A DNA stretch of 64,000 nt from Octopus vulgaris (GCA_951406725.2 OX597816.1:91016001-91080000); one strand, 5' to 3'; positions 12,267-26,402 are shown, numbered from the stretch's first letter. Numbers and translations: made by a program. The notes: generated by a model not told the origin, from the sequence alone.

Positions 12267-12722
12267 TTAAGGGGAAAACATGTTCATACAAGCTGAAATA
12301 TCTGGTTAAGTATATTAGTTGCAGAGTATGTATAAATAAAAACAAAGACTAGAATTTATGATATTGTAGATATGTACATAAATATAAACACATGCACTCA
12401 AACAAACACACGCGTGTCTGTATATATGTACTTTTGCAATACAGTAAGTATTAGTTTCTATAAAATGTGGCAAAACCTTTTTATTGGAATTTAAGTAATT
12501 ATACATATTTGTATTTACATGTGTATAGTAATCTGCCATTGTTTTTAGCCATAGAGTAGCCCTGAGTGAGCAGACTCATGATCAGAGAAGTTCCAGCCAT
12601 GACCAATGTGTCTTTTTGCCAAGCAGAATGTACTCCCAGACAACATTGTTTCATGTTTTTTGTTTCTTTTAATAAGTCTGCTTTAAGTGATGGATGAATT
12701 TAAAATGAAAAAATTTAGGAAT

Positions 12723-12907
12723 CAATTGCAGTGTGGAAGGTGTTTATAAGCCATTTAAGAAACACACAAAAACCGTTAAATTCACTTCAACATTTAAATT
12801 TAATTTGTCAAAATAATTTCATCGCTTTGAGACCGCAACCTGTTCACTGACAAAACTCCATGCTGCATCTCTTAAATGGCTTGTAAACACCTTCCACGCT
12901 GCAATTG
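12723..12907. repeat. 38-bp inverted repeat flanking a hammerhead-shaped motif (probable Penelope terminus remnant)
   Basis: Arms 12723-12760 and 12870-12907 are reverse complements with 2 mismatches. Confidence 0.7.
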
Positions 12908-13206
12908 TTTTTGTTCCAGCACACGATCTCAGATCAGGTCACTTGCTATGCAAGTACATCTCCTTAATTTTGGGAATGTTTTACATTAATAGAAAAAATC
13001 CAGAAAATTATATTTTGTCTAAGGCATTTTGTGGCACATTTATACCATAGCTGACAGGTTTCTGACAGCTAGTTGCTGGTTCACTGTATTTAGAATGGTA
13101 AGGGTGTATTTGTGCAGCTAATAACACAAAATATTTTTGTTCAACTGCTTTGATTTATTGGTTTTCTTACTGATATGTGCATCTTTTGCTTATATATATA
13201 TATGTA

Positions 13207-13970
13207 CAGGGTGTGATGGGTAAATTGTCACCATTTCATTTTTTAAAATTTTGTGTATGTGCATTGTTTGTTTTTGATTTTGTCAGACTGACAGTACAGT
13301 AGGGTTAGTTGGGCACCATCTGTGAGAAAACAACACCATGATGTAATTCACTGTACCAGAAATTTGGAAATTACATGCTGTACTGGTTGGTATTCATGCC
13401 AGAAGCTCCAATATAAACATTTCAGAGTGTTAGGGTGTCAATCTTAGGACAATGCAATCTGAGGACATGTTCCAAGAGCGATAACAATCAAACATCCAGT
13501 CAACATCATGATGTTTGGAGTTATCATTAGTGATGGCAATGTTATGCCTCCATTCATCTTCCCACATGGTCTCACACTGAACACAGAGGCCTACATCAAG
13601 TGCCTGGAGCAGGTAGTGCTGCTCTGGGTCAAGAGGGTGGCTGCTGGAAGATCCTATGTCTAGCAACAGAACTCTGCACCATGCTACACAAGTAGGAGAC
13701 CCCAGTCATGGCTGTCTGACAATTTCTGCAACCACATCACCCCTAACATGTGGCCACCTAACTTGCCAGACTGCAGCCCCCTTGATTATAATATGTGGAG
13801 CGCAGTTGAGCAAGAGACCAACAAAACTCCTTGTAACACCAAAAATGAACTGAAGGCAATGATTATGGCAGCATTCAATAACTTAAACAAGGAGACCATC
13901 AAGAAGAGTTGCAGGAGATTCCGAAGTCGTCTGGAAACCATGGTTGAAGCAAATGACAACTTTATTGAAT
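13207..13970 (+). mobile_element. Internally deleted Tc1/mariner-superfamily (maT/DD37D-like) transposon
   Basis: TA-CAGGGTG terminus; degenerate transposase KHPVNIMMFGVI...QQNSAP...MWPPNLPDCSPLDYNMW. Confidence 0.75.
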
Positions 13971-13974
13971 TGTG

Positions 13975-14823
13975 CACGTCTTTATTTGTAGCAAATTAAT
14001 GACATGAAAGATGTTTGAGTGAGCCAAAGATGTGATAGTAGAAAGGGGCAAGATCTGGATTGTATGCAGATTGATCAAGCATAGACCTTGGTATTTGGTG
14101 CGAATTGCTGGTTTCAGTTCATTGGCCAGCATTTCACTGTAACCTACAATGGATACTGTAGACTACTTTTCCAGCAATGTTCCAGTATAGATAGGCCCTT
14201 TTGCATTCCAAGAATGGTTAGCATCATGTTTTCTGCTGAAGGTTGTCTTCTTGAATTACTTTTACATTGGCGATTCCAGATGTTTTCCCTCCATACTCTA
14301 CCTTTCAGGTTCTGGCTCAAAGTGATGGACCCAGGTTTCATCTCCTGTGGCAGAACCATGACTTATTGGCAGAGAACATGCCACCTCATTGATGGTTACT
14401 CAGTTAACCCAAACCATCTCTTGAGCTTGTTGAATCTTCATGTTAGTGGTGGAGGTTGATGAGTGTCCTGCTCCCTCTTCATGCTTTACACTTCTCTGGC
14501 CATTTTTAAAATTCTCAATCCACTCATACTCACTTCCGTGTGGTAGAGCATTCCTTGTATTGTACTGAAAACCTGCAATGAATTTCAGTCCAACACCCCT
14601 TCAGACCAGACAAATCAGAGCAACTGACTTCTGTTCTTCCTGATGTACAGTGACAGCAGAATGGTTGTGCTTAATCTGTAACACAAGAAAACTGGAGCGA
14701 TCAGAGTCAAACCTTGATTGTGTAACCACAAGAGACCATCTTTTAGCAAGCAAGCACTGAAGGCAGTGCAATCAACCTAAAGAAATTCTGGTAAAAGTGC
14801 AGATAATTTCTGACTTCCCCTAG
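13975..14823 (-). mobile_element. Decayed mariner fragment
   Basis: Minus strand encodes GDETWVHHFEP and PSAENMMLTILG..KG (mariner GDETW...PSAGKVML region); terminus TA-CTAGGGGAAGTCAGAAATTATC. Confidence 0.7.
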
Positions 14824-16090
14824 TATCACAACATGACAGAGAAACAAACACACATCCACACAAACACAATTCATTTCTGTTTTGGAACAGTGGATCTGGA
14901 AGTAGGTAAAGCTAGAAATAGTAGCATGTAAATATCAGGTTAAGAAAACTCTTTGGATAGGTGAAGTCGAAGCCTAGGATGTCAATTATATATGTGTGTA
15001 CACACACATGCACACATATACTATGGGCTTCTTTTAGTTTCTTTCTATCAAATCCACTTACAAGGCTTTGCTTGACCCTGGGTTATAGTAACAGACACTT
15101 GCCCAAAGTGCCATGCTGTTGGACTGAACTCAAAACTGGATGGTTGGTAAGTGAACTTCTTAAATCACACGGTCCTGCTTGCGTCTGACAATATTTTTTT
15201 TTCTTGGATATATATATGTCTTCATTTCTTTCCTTGCTTTCAGATTCAGTTTGAAGGAGACAGTATTACCTTCCTAATTCCATTCGTGATCAAATCTACT
15301 AATGCCACTGTTCATGTAGCATATATCTTCCTTGTTTTGTTATTCAATTTTCAGCTTTCAAGTATACAATTTACTTGTACATGTTTGTACCAATATTCAC
15401 ACCACAAAAGCTTTTTAGAATAAGATGTCGAAGTCAACAGAATATAAAAGGTAAAAAACCCCTACAGTTGTGAATGACCATAGGATTGCACCTGGAAAGT
15501 TCCTCTCCAAGGTACAAGTGTGGGCATGGTTGTTTATGGAAAACCAACAGCTGCCCATGCATACCAGCCTCCCCTCTTCATGTCACTGATGTTATCCAAG
15601 GGAAAGGCAAAGGCCAATACAGCTTGGCACCAGTGATGTTGCAACTCATCTGAGTGAACTGGAGCAACATGAAATAAAGTGTCTTGCTCAAGAACAACAC
15701 ACAGCCTGGTCTTCTAATCAAACTAACTACCTCATGATAGTGAGCCAGACGCTCTAACAAAGGTTCAAATGTGTCTGAGGTCAACATTTGTTATCATAGT
15801 CGTTGGTGTCATCGACATCATCATCATCATCATCATCACCAGCATCATTATCGTTATTTTAATGTCCACTTTTCCATGCTTGCATGGGTTGGGCAGAATT
15901 TGTTGAGACAGACTTTTAGTGGCTGGATGCCCATCCTGTTGCCAACCCCTGTCTACTTCCAAGCAAGGTAATATTTCTCCATGACTAGACATGTCTTACA
16001 TAGACTGGAAATGAAGGTGACACTCATTTACAACTCTTGTACAATGTCAAGATGAAAGGACACTAACTCACACATGCATATATATATATA

Positions 16091-17373
16091 TTTGGTTGTC
16101 CAGAAAGTTTGTGACGATTTTTAAAGGAAAGCAAAAGGTCAATAAATACTTGCCATTACATTTTTAATCCACCAAATATGAACCATTTTGTTGCACAATG
16201 CGTCTCCATCTTTCCTTTAACTTGAAAATATCCTCTTCCCAGAATTGAGGTGGTTCCATAGCAAAGAATTCATCAAGGTATCTTTTTATGTCATCCAAGG
16301 CATTGAGATTTTTACCATTAAGACTATTCTGCAGAGACCTGAATAAGTGGAAATCCGAAGGAGCAATATCTGGTGAATACGGAGGGTGGGGTAACACATC
16401 CCAGCTGAGCTGTAGCAATTTTTGTCTGGTTCCCAAAGAAACGTGCAGTTTTGCATTATCATGTTGGAAAACAACACTCTTCCTGTTGGCCAATTCTGGA
16501 CGTTTCTCTTGAATTGCTGCTTTTAACTCATCCAGTTGTGTGCAGTATTTCTCAGAATTAATTGTCTGGTTACTTGGGAGAAGCTCATAGTACAGAATTC
16601 CTTTCCAATCCTATCAGACACAAAGCAAGACTTTTTTAGGGTGAAGACCCGCTTTTGGGGTGGTTAAGGGTGGCTCATGTTGCTTAGTCCAGGATCGCTT
16701 TCTCTGAACATTTCGGTAGATAATCCATTTCTCATCACCTGTCACAATTTGATTTAAAAAAGGCACGTTTTCATTCCATTTATAAAGTGAATCACAGATG
16801 GAAATGTGATCCAAAAGGTTCTTCTCACTCAACTCATGTGGTACCCAAACATTGTAGCAATTTGTGTACCCAAGCTTCACCAGGTGCTCATGAACGACGG
16901 ATTTTGATAGGTTGAGGTTTTCTGCCAATTCTCGGGTTGTGCAATGTGGGTTATTCTAAATGAATGACTTGATTTGGTCATCATCTGTAGTGGATGGTCT
17001 GCCTGATTGCTCTTTATCAATAAGGCTACAATCTCCAGCTTGGAACCTTGCGAACCACTTCTGTACAGCTCTTTCGGATAAAGAAACATCACCATAAACT
17101 GTGCATATTTCTTTGGTTGCTTGTGAGGCATTTTCCCTTTATGGAAAAAGAAAAGCATCAAGTGCTGAAAATGAACTTTCTTATCTTCCATTTTAAAGGG
17201 TTACAGAATTAACACAGATTATAGGAACATAAACCTTCTTCCTCGAAAAGATAGCTTAAACTGTGCTCTAAATGGAGGTGTAGTCAAATCCTATTTTATG
17301 GCCTCAACCATGTTCTAAAATAAGTCGAAAGGTAAGCTACTATAAATCGGCACGAACTTTCTGGACAACCCAA
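16091..17373 (-). mobile_element. Full-length decayed mariner (DD34D) transposon
   Basis: TIRs TT(T/G)GGTTGTCCAGAAAGTT with TA on both sides. ORF pieces 16877-17191, 16614-16928 and 16164-16493 carry WVPHEL, IVTGDEKW, HDNA and [13 protein letters not shown]. Confidence 0.95.
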
Positions 17374-19536
17374 TACATATATACATACATCATATGTACA
17401 CACACACACACACACACACACAAAACAAGCTTCTTTCGGTTTCCATCTTCCAAATCCACTCACAAGACTGGTTTGCCAGTATAGCAGAAGGCATTTGCAA
17501 AGGTGCCATACAGTGGAACTGAACCCAAACTTCTTAACTACACAGCCACTCCTGCACCTGCATATGAAACCCTACAATGACAGAATTATTTGAGCATTGG
17601 ACAGAATACTTTGTGGTTTTCTGTCTCTTTGCATTCTGAGTTCAAATTCTACCAAGGGCAACTTTGCCTTTCATCTTTTCATGGTCAGTATATAATGTTC
17701 CAGTCCTGCACCAAGCTGATTGGACCTAGAATCAATGTGGTCAGGAAGCACAGTCACATCTGCACCTAATATCACTCTATTTGTATTTACACTGCCAATA
17801 CAGCAAATGCTCTTGTTCTGTAGCACTCATCATGGGAAAGAAGGAAATATACAAGTCATTGATATCAATGATTGTGGTCTGTTACCTCAGTTAAAATTGA
17901 GGTTAGAAGACCTATCCTGGGTTAATCTCATTTTGATATTCAATATCTTGTTCTAGAATTCTAGGTCATACCCCAACCCTACAAAAAAGAAAAGTGAGCT
18001 TTAGTTTCTAGTGCTAAGTTAAACAGCAACAGCATCACTTCAGTACATATTTATGTATATATATATATATATATTATCAGCATTGTTTAACATCCACTTA
18101 CAAAACTTCATTGGTCTGGAGTTATAGTAGAAGACACTTACTCAAGGTGCTACATAGTGGGACTGAATCCAAGGACTCATAACTGGGAAGAAAGATTCTT
18201 AACCACACACCTACATGTGTGTGTGTGTTCACTCATGTCCATGTATTTTACATTCTATGCTTTCCAGAAAATTACTGAGTTACAAATGGCAATGTCATTT
18301 CCTTTTCAATGTATTGTCCACTGGCTTTGCATCTCTGAAGATGTGTGAAATAAGAAATTCCATGATTTGAAAAATAAGTAGGCAATGACAGCCTCTCAGA
18401 GACAATGACAAGTGACTGAGGCCTTTGGTGATATACTCTGCTTGGGAAGACCTGTCAAGCCAAGTGAAGTCGTGGTTGATACCAATGTCACATAACTGGT
18501 ATGTAAAAAGCACCCTTCGAACGTTGGGTGATATGCCATGCTTGAGAAGACCTGTCAAGCTAAGTGAAATTGATACCAGTGTTGTGTAAATGGCAGCTGT
18601 GCTGATTGCATGTAAAAAGCACTGCTCAAAAGTTGGGCCTCAATGGTAGCAGTGACAAGTGACCAAGACCTTTGGCAATATACTGTGCTTAAGAAGACCT
18701 GTCAAGCCAAGTGAGATCGTTGGTGTTAGGAAGAGCATCCAGCCATAGAAACATTGCCAAATCAGATTGAAACCTGGTGCAGCTCCCCAGTTTACCAGTT
18801 TTGAATCAAACCTTCCAACATCAAAGTAGATGACTTTGGAAGACCAAAAATTCTATGTGAAATGCATCAGGATTTGGAATGACAGAAGCAATTTGAATGT
18901 ATTCTATGCTGACTTGAATGTAGGAAAATACACTAACATTCTTATCTAACCCATTCGAGCATAGGAAAACAGGTGTAAAAAATGAATGACCAAGCTTATT
19001 ACTGAGAATGCTGCTGAGCTGATTTATCATCATCACCATCATCATCATCATTTAACGTCTGCCTTCCATGCTAGCATGGGTGGGATGGTTTTGCAAGAGC
19101 TGGCCAAGCAGAAGCCTGCACCAGACTTCTGTGACTGTTTTGGCAGGATTTTTACAGCTGGATGCCTTTCCTAACATCAACCACTCAGCAGAGTGAACTT
19201 AGTGCTTTCTGTGTGGCACAAGCACTAAGTCCAAACGAATTATCTTTATCTTTTTTCATATTTGTTGTGACATACTCAGAGGACAACTGGTAGTGCCATG
19301 GTCTTTCATTAAGACTTCCAAGACTAGTAGAAGAAAGGGAGGATGAAATTGGAGGCACCCAAAGACCAAGGTATTAAACCAAATGATAAAGTTAACCATG
19401 TAAGAACATATTCAGTTCTTCCAGACAGTTTGTGTCTATCTAATTTCACTTACAACATTTGGGCTGACCTAAGCTTCTGAAGAAAACATTTGCCCATAGT
19501 GCCACACAATGGGATCAGATTTAGAACCGCAAGATA

Positions 19537-19886
19537 GGCATAAATGTGGCTGTGTAATAAAACGTTTATTTCCCAACCACATGGTCTTGGGTTCAGCCCC
19601 ACTGCATGGCACCTTGTGAGTGGATTTGGTAAATGGAAACTGTCATATATATGTGTATGTGTGTGTGAATGTTTTCTTGCCTTGACTTCATGCAATAGTT
19701 GTTAAATGTCATTGTCATGCAAACAGAGTTCTTCATTCTGATCTGTGAAAAAATGGGAAATATTACCTTGCTTGAAACAGGTGAGGGTTGATAATAGGAA
19801 AGGCATCTGGCTATAGGAAATCTGCCTCAACAAATTCCACCAAATTCATGCAAACATAGAAAAGGGAACATTAAACAATGATGATC
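19537..19886 (+). mobile_element. tRNA-derived SINE with RTE-type tail
   Basis: Head TGTGGCTGTGT...GGTTCAGCCCCACTGC; tail AATATTACCTTGCTTGAAACAGGTGAGGG...GGCATCTGGC...GATGAT. Similar tails near 15840-16000, 21060-21220 and 23700-23960. Confidence 0.7.
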
Positions 19887-20188
19887 AAGATTTACAAAAG
19901 AGACTTTTTAACCACTTGGCTGTGTCTGGTTCTGATAAATTGAAAATCATGCATGAATAAAAAGGCAGGTGCATTATTATGTTAAATTATGGACCAAGTT
20001 GCTTGTGTGTATTCCTGAATATTGTAAGTAGTGTTTATGTATTTGTGTGAATTGGGTAACCTTGCTGGAGTAGCTTCTCTGTTTTTTCTCAAGCAGATAA
20101 TTTGATTCTGCAATTGCTTTAGACTGAAATGCATTTAACATGTTCATGCTGTTACTTCAGCATCTTATAGGTACAAGCATAAGTATGT

Positions 20189-20545
20189 CTCCTTTACTTG
20201 TTTCAGTCATTTGACTGTGGCCATGCTGGAGCACCACCTGTAGTCGAGCAAATCGACCCCAGGACTTATTCTCTGTAAACCTAGTACTTATTCTATCGGT
20301 CTCTTTTGCCGAACTGCTAAGTTACAGGGATGTAAACACATCAGCATCGGTTGTCAAGCGATGTTGGAGGAACGAACACAGACTCACAAACACACACACA
20401 CATATATACGATGGGCTTCTTTTTCAGTTTCTGGCTCATGGCTATAGTAGAAGACACTTGCCCAAGGTGCCACGCAGTGGGACTGAACCTGGAACAGTGT
20501 GGTTGGTAAGCAAGTTACTTACCACACAGTCACTCCTGCGCCTAT
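20189..20545 (-). mobile_element. Near-complete tRNA-derived SINE with CR1/L2-type tail (related copies about 4320-4530, 24645-25020, 28540-28730, 42695-42955)
   Basis: A/B-box head, central (GT)n, tail GGTGCTCCAGCATGGCCACAGTCAAATGACTGAAACAAGTAAA. Confidence 0.85.
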
Positions 20546-20889
20546 GCAGTTAAGAGGTTTATTCCTAACTATGTGGTTTTGAGTTTAATCCCACTATTTG
20601 GCAGTTTTAGCAATTGTCTTCTATTATGTTCCTGTTCCAGATAAAGCTTAGTGAGTGTATTTGGTAGAAGCCTATTACACACACACACACACACACATGT
20701 GTATGTTTGTGTGTGTATAAGTATTGTTCTGTGACTGAGAATTTGCTTTCCACCTACAGTATCAGGTTCCCACTGTGCGGCACCTGGGTGTCTTCTATTA
20801 TAGCCCCAAGCAGCCCAAAACTTTGAGTTGATTTGGAAACTGAAACTGGATATGGAAACTGAAAGAAGCTTGTTGTATGTATATATATA

Positions 20890-21030
20890 TGAGTGGGTGC
20901 TGAAAAGTTCCTGTCTTTGGGTAAAAGAAAATGCAGGAGGACCAGTTAATTATGATTCTATTCGACATATTCCCCTCTCAGATTCACACACTTATTGCAG
21001 TGGTCCTTGGAACTTTTCAGCACCCCCTCA
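20890..21030. mobile_element. Mariner-derived MITE
   Basis: TIR TGAGTGGGTGCTGAAAAGTTCC / GGAACTTTTCAGCACCCCCTCA. A related element at about 25755-25880 shares GGGTAAAAGAAAAT and CTCAGATTCACACACTTATTGCA. Confidence 0.7.
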
Positions 21031-24000
21031 TGTGTATATATGTATATATATATATATATTCTCCTTGTCTTGGCAAGGAGTCTGACCATGGGGAAATATC
21101 TTGCTTGGAAACATATGAGGATTGGTGACAAGAAGAGCCATCTGGCTGTAAAAAGATCTAACTCGGTAAACTTTGTCTGACCATGCAGGCATGGAAAAGT
21201 GGACATTAAAATGATGATTGTGTGGGGGAGGGTGGGGGTGGGTGCGTGTGTGTGTGCTTGTGCTTCATAAAAAAAATGCTCAGCAATTAATGGTGAATAT
21301 CTGCTTGTTTTGCATCTTTGAAGATGAGTGAAACAAGAGATCCTTCACTTGAAAAGCATATAGATTTGCAACAGGAAGGGCATCTTGCTGAAAAACAATG
21401 TCTCAATATCTTCATCTAACCCATGGTAACAAGAAAAAAGCATGTAAAAACAGACAGAGAGTATTACAAGTTCATATTTATTACTATAGACTACTGGAAG
21501 CTATCTTGATGCATCAAGATGTTTCAAAACTTATACTTTTTCAATAGCCATATAGCATGTTGATTGATGAATTGTAGCAGTGAATACCAGTTTTATGCTT
21601 TAGATCATAAACTCCACCATTTGTAGTTACATATTTTTTTACTCATACCCAGAACATCATAATTATTATAATTATAAGGATATGATATTGATGTCAGAAG
21701 TCAATATTAAAGAACTAACCAGTTACTCAACCAGGCCAGTTTAAATTACAAAATTATAAGAGAAAGTAGTTAATAGGTAACATCAAATGCTAATTCAGCA
21801 AACTTAGTTGATGCTGTTTAGCCCTAGTTGAACCTTGATCAAGCTGATCTATGATCAAAAGTGTTCCATCCTTGAACAATCCATCTTGTTTTGCCCATTG
21901 CTGTACTCTCCAATGTGTATTTCATTTTTATTTTATGACAGTGCAATTTGATCAGGCTGGTAAGTATGTAAAATAAATCTTTAATACATATATGCTATGG
22001 TTATGTATGCTAGCAGAAGACATGTGATTTAGTGGTTAAGGTATTTGGTTCACGATCATATGGCTGTGAGTTCATTCCCAGTGGCATATTGTGTTTTTGA
22101 GCAAGATATTTCTTGTTGCTTCAGTCCACTCAGCTGGCCAAAAATGAGTTTTACTTGTTATTTAAAGGGCTAGCCTTGTCCCATTCTGTGCCATGTTGAA
22201 TCATCATCATCATCATCATCATCATTGTTTAACATCCGCTTTCCATGCTAGCATGGGTTGGACGATTTGACTGAGGACTGGCGAACCAGATGGCTGCACC
22301 AGGCTCCAATCTTGATTTGGCAGAGTTTCTACAGCTTGATGCCCTTCCTAATGCCAACCACTCCGAGAGTGTAGGAGGTGCTTTTACATGCCACCGCCAT
22401 GAGGGCCAGTCAGGAGGTACTGGCAACGGTCACGGAAAATCGTGTTTTTTTTTTTACGTGTCACCTGCACACCAGCATAAGTGCCAGTAAGACGACGCTG
22501 ATAACAATCATGCTCAAATGGTGCTTTTTATGTGCTACCAGCACGAACGCCAGTTAATTGCTCTGGCAATGATCATGCTCGGATGGTGCTCTTAGTGCCA
22601 ACTCCCTGAGAATTATGTTAAGGGTATACGTGTCAGTGGAGTGCTCAACCACTTGCATGTTAATTTTATGAGCATGGTGTGTTGTTGATTGAATCAACTG
22701 GAATATTTGTCATTGTAACTGATGTACAGCAGGAGCTGGACCTTACAAGCAGAGATAATATATTCCCATGTTTCTACCAATTTATATGAACATATGTTGA
22801 GTGAATGGAGAAAGCATGAGTTGGCACATTGCTTCAGTGAAGTGATTATATTTCCAGTCTGTCCTTTCCTATTCTAAGGTAATAGGGCTTGAGTTAAAGA
22901 AAATATGGCTGCTATTTCTAACAGGTATGCAAGTTCTTTACCTTTTTGACACAAAGTAAACTTACTTGTTGTGTAGTCCCAGAGCAGTCATGATAATAAC
23001 AAAATTATATTGTTTGATGTAACTTATTTATCTCCATCAAGTGATTTGTGAGATATATAGCTGCAGTTTTGAGGTGGTCAAATAGTTGTGTGTTTGGTAG
23101 TTTGATGAATGAAAACAAACTCACCTGCCATTGAGTCACACACATGCACACACACACACACACACTCTCTCTCTCTCTGTGCCTCTTTCCCTTTCTCTTC
23201 ATAGATCATAAGGTTGTTGAAGTGAGTGAGGTAATTGTTGTTTGGAGCAGTGTGATGTTTAATTTAACAACAGAAGCTGATAGCATGGTGTTATGCAGTG
23301 CATTGTGTAAACATTGCAGACATTAACTCCTTAGCATTTTATCTGGTTGTAAGCAGCCCAAATATTCTATCCATTTTGTGTTCAAACCAGCCAGATATAG
23401 CCTCTCACACCTAGCTTATGATAACATTCTAAAAATGAACAATTATGTCATTGAAATCTCACAGGTTAAAGATAATGTAAGATAAGCCATTTCTGTTTAA
23501 ATACAATCAGAAATACTGAGAAATTTTCAGTGACTCATTTATTATTTTTCAGTGTTCAAAGTGGAGACAAATTTTGTTTTTTGTAATTACCAATATAGCT
23601 TCAGGATGTAGGAGTTCTGAGTTTGAAAGAATTATACTCGAAGACTAAAGCCTTGTGAGCAGATTTTGCAGATGGAAACTGAAAGAAGCCCATCATATGT
23701 ATGTGTGTATGTACATGTGTGTGTGTGTATATGTTTTGTTTCTCCTTGTTTTGACATCATGTAAATGTTGTAAATGAATTTCATCAATTTCAAATATTAT
23801 GCAAAAATATATTTGCCCATGGGGGAAAATATTACCTTGCTTAGAAAAACATATAGGTTGGTGACAGTAAGGGCATCCGGCCATAGCAAATCTGCCCCAC
23901 CAAGCTCTGTCCAACCCATACACGCATAGAAAAGTGAACATTAAAATGATGATGATGATGTATAGTTATTGAAATGTATGAATACATATAAATATTTATG

Positions 24001-25906
24001 AATGGTTTTATACACAAACACACATACACACTCGCTCACTCACTCACTCACTTCACAGATGTGAGTGGATATATATCCACTTATTGTCAAATGTTAACAT
24101 TTGATTATTTTCCCATTCTAGATGAGATTATGAGTTTTGGCATAATCATATGAAAAGCAGAAACTGAAAGGCTGTGACTTATATGTATTTCTCAAATATT
24201 AGTAGCATAAATAAAGTGAGCTGAGTTCCATTGAGATTATAAATCAGGGCCAGTAGATCTTATCCAGAGCTTATGTCACCTGTATTTTCTAGAATAGAAG
24301 TTAACTTAAACATTCAAACACTGTCCCAAACTTTCCAAACCCTGCAACATTTCTCATGGAATTTTTGGTTCTCCAAACTCGTCTTGGTGTATAAACCGAC
24401 CTACCATTTTTTTAGTTGTAAATTTTGATCTGAAAACTTCAACTTGTAAGCTGAAAAATACAGTACACCATGTTGCCTGTTTCTGCTTGCATGTACTGTG
24501 CTATTTCTTTATTGCTAATTGACAATAGTGGATGTTAACACTGAATATTAATTTGCTTTTAGCTGAGCTTAGTTTGAGTCCTCTTCCTCCTGAGGCACAC
24601 ATTACATTTTCTCATTTTCAATGCTAAGCATTAGCAAATCCTCTGTCTTTTACTTACTTCAGTCATTGAACTGCAGCCATGCTGGGGAACCACCCTGAAG
24701 GGATTAGTCAAACAAATCAATCCCAGAACTTTTTTTTTTTTACTAAGTTTGGTACTCATTATATCAGTCTCTTTCTGCTGAACTCCTAAGTTATAGGGAT
24801 TAAACAAACCAACACATGTCAAGTGGTGGTGAGAAACAATCATAAAGACACACACGTACACACACATAATACACACACACATGCACAAAAGGTTTCTTTC
24901 AGTCAACCAACTCACAAGGCAATAGTCAACTCAGAGCTACAGAAGACATTTGCCCAAGGTGCCATGTAGTAGGACTGAACCTGGAACCATGTGGTTGAGA
25001 AACAAACTTCTAGCCACACAACTATAAAGATTTTAAGACAACATCCTTAAATGTAGATGAAATCACAAACTTCCGTAAATTGTAACCGTATTTACAGGCC
25101 ACTAAACATTACAAAGTATCAAATTTTACTTGATTTTCAAAAGTATTTGCAAATTTATTGATATAATTCCTTCCTTTAATTCAAGTGTGAATCCTTAGTG
25201 TATGTTTTCATGACTACACACTTTAAAAAGAAATACTTGGAAGAAAGGAAGATAATGTGCTTATTACAAGAACCTGATTTTGTGGAACATAAATAGTTCC
25301 TTATTAAGTAAATTCAAAATAAATTGGTAACTAGTGAGTTACATGTATATATGAGTGGACATAGTAGAGTTCAGTGAAGAAATTTGCCAGGTAAGTGGGG
25401 ATGGGTGAAAGAATTTAATGATTTGAGTATTCATACTTCTTCAGCAAAAGGAAACACCAGCATAGCCCCTTCTACCAACCCTCACCACATACCACACCAA
25501 TATCTCCTAAACCATAAAATAAAGAATCTAATGAATTTTCCCAAACTATTACACATGCATACATACAAACATGTGTATCTCTTCATACTATGGCAATGCT
25601 GGGATACCACCTTCAATGGTTTTTACTGAATCATATCTTCTTGGCACTTACTTTATTGATCTCTATTGAATAAGTTACTCTTCAACATAAAGGAGTGTAA
25701 CTCAATGCACTGGTATATGGAAACATAAACACAACATATATATTTTTGTTTATATACGAGGCAGAAAAATTCCTGGTTGCGGGTAAAAGAAAATACAGAT
25801 TCTCAGATTCACACACTTATTGCACTTTTCTAAGCTTTCTGAAAGAACTTGGAGGTCGGGCCTCTAACCAGGCCTTTCGCGATATATATGTATATATATA
25901 TGTATG

Positions 25907-25945
<39 letters not shown>

Positions 25946-26303
25946 ATGTCTGTTGGTGTGCGTGTGTGCCGGTGTATGTGGAAGCACATGGATGTGATTA
26001 GAGATCATAAGATTATGGTTTCGATTCCGAGGCCGGATGATGCGTTGTGTTCAAAACACTTCATTTCATGTTGTTCCAGTCCATTCATCTGGTCAAGATG
26101 AGCAATCTGGCGACAGACCGGCGTCCCGTTTAGGGAGCAGTGTATACGCTAGAGAGACCAGCTCTATGATCTCTACTGAGTAATGTGGACCAACCATATA
26201 TGTGTGTATATACATCCATGCATATATCTACATTATATATTTATAACATGTCATCATCATCGTTTATATATCAACATCTATAGCTGTGTGTGTTTATATA
26301 TAT

Positions 26304-26348
<45 letters not shown>

Positions 26349-26353
26349 ATATG

Positions 26354-26402
<49 letters not shown>

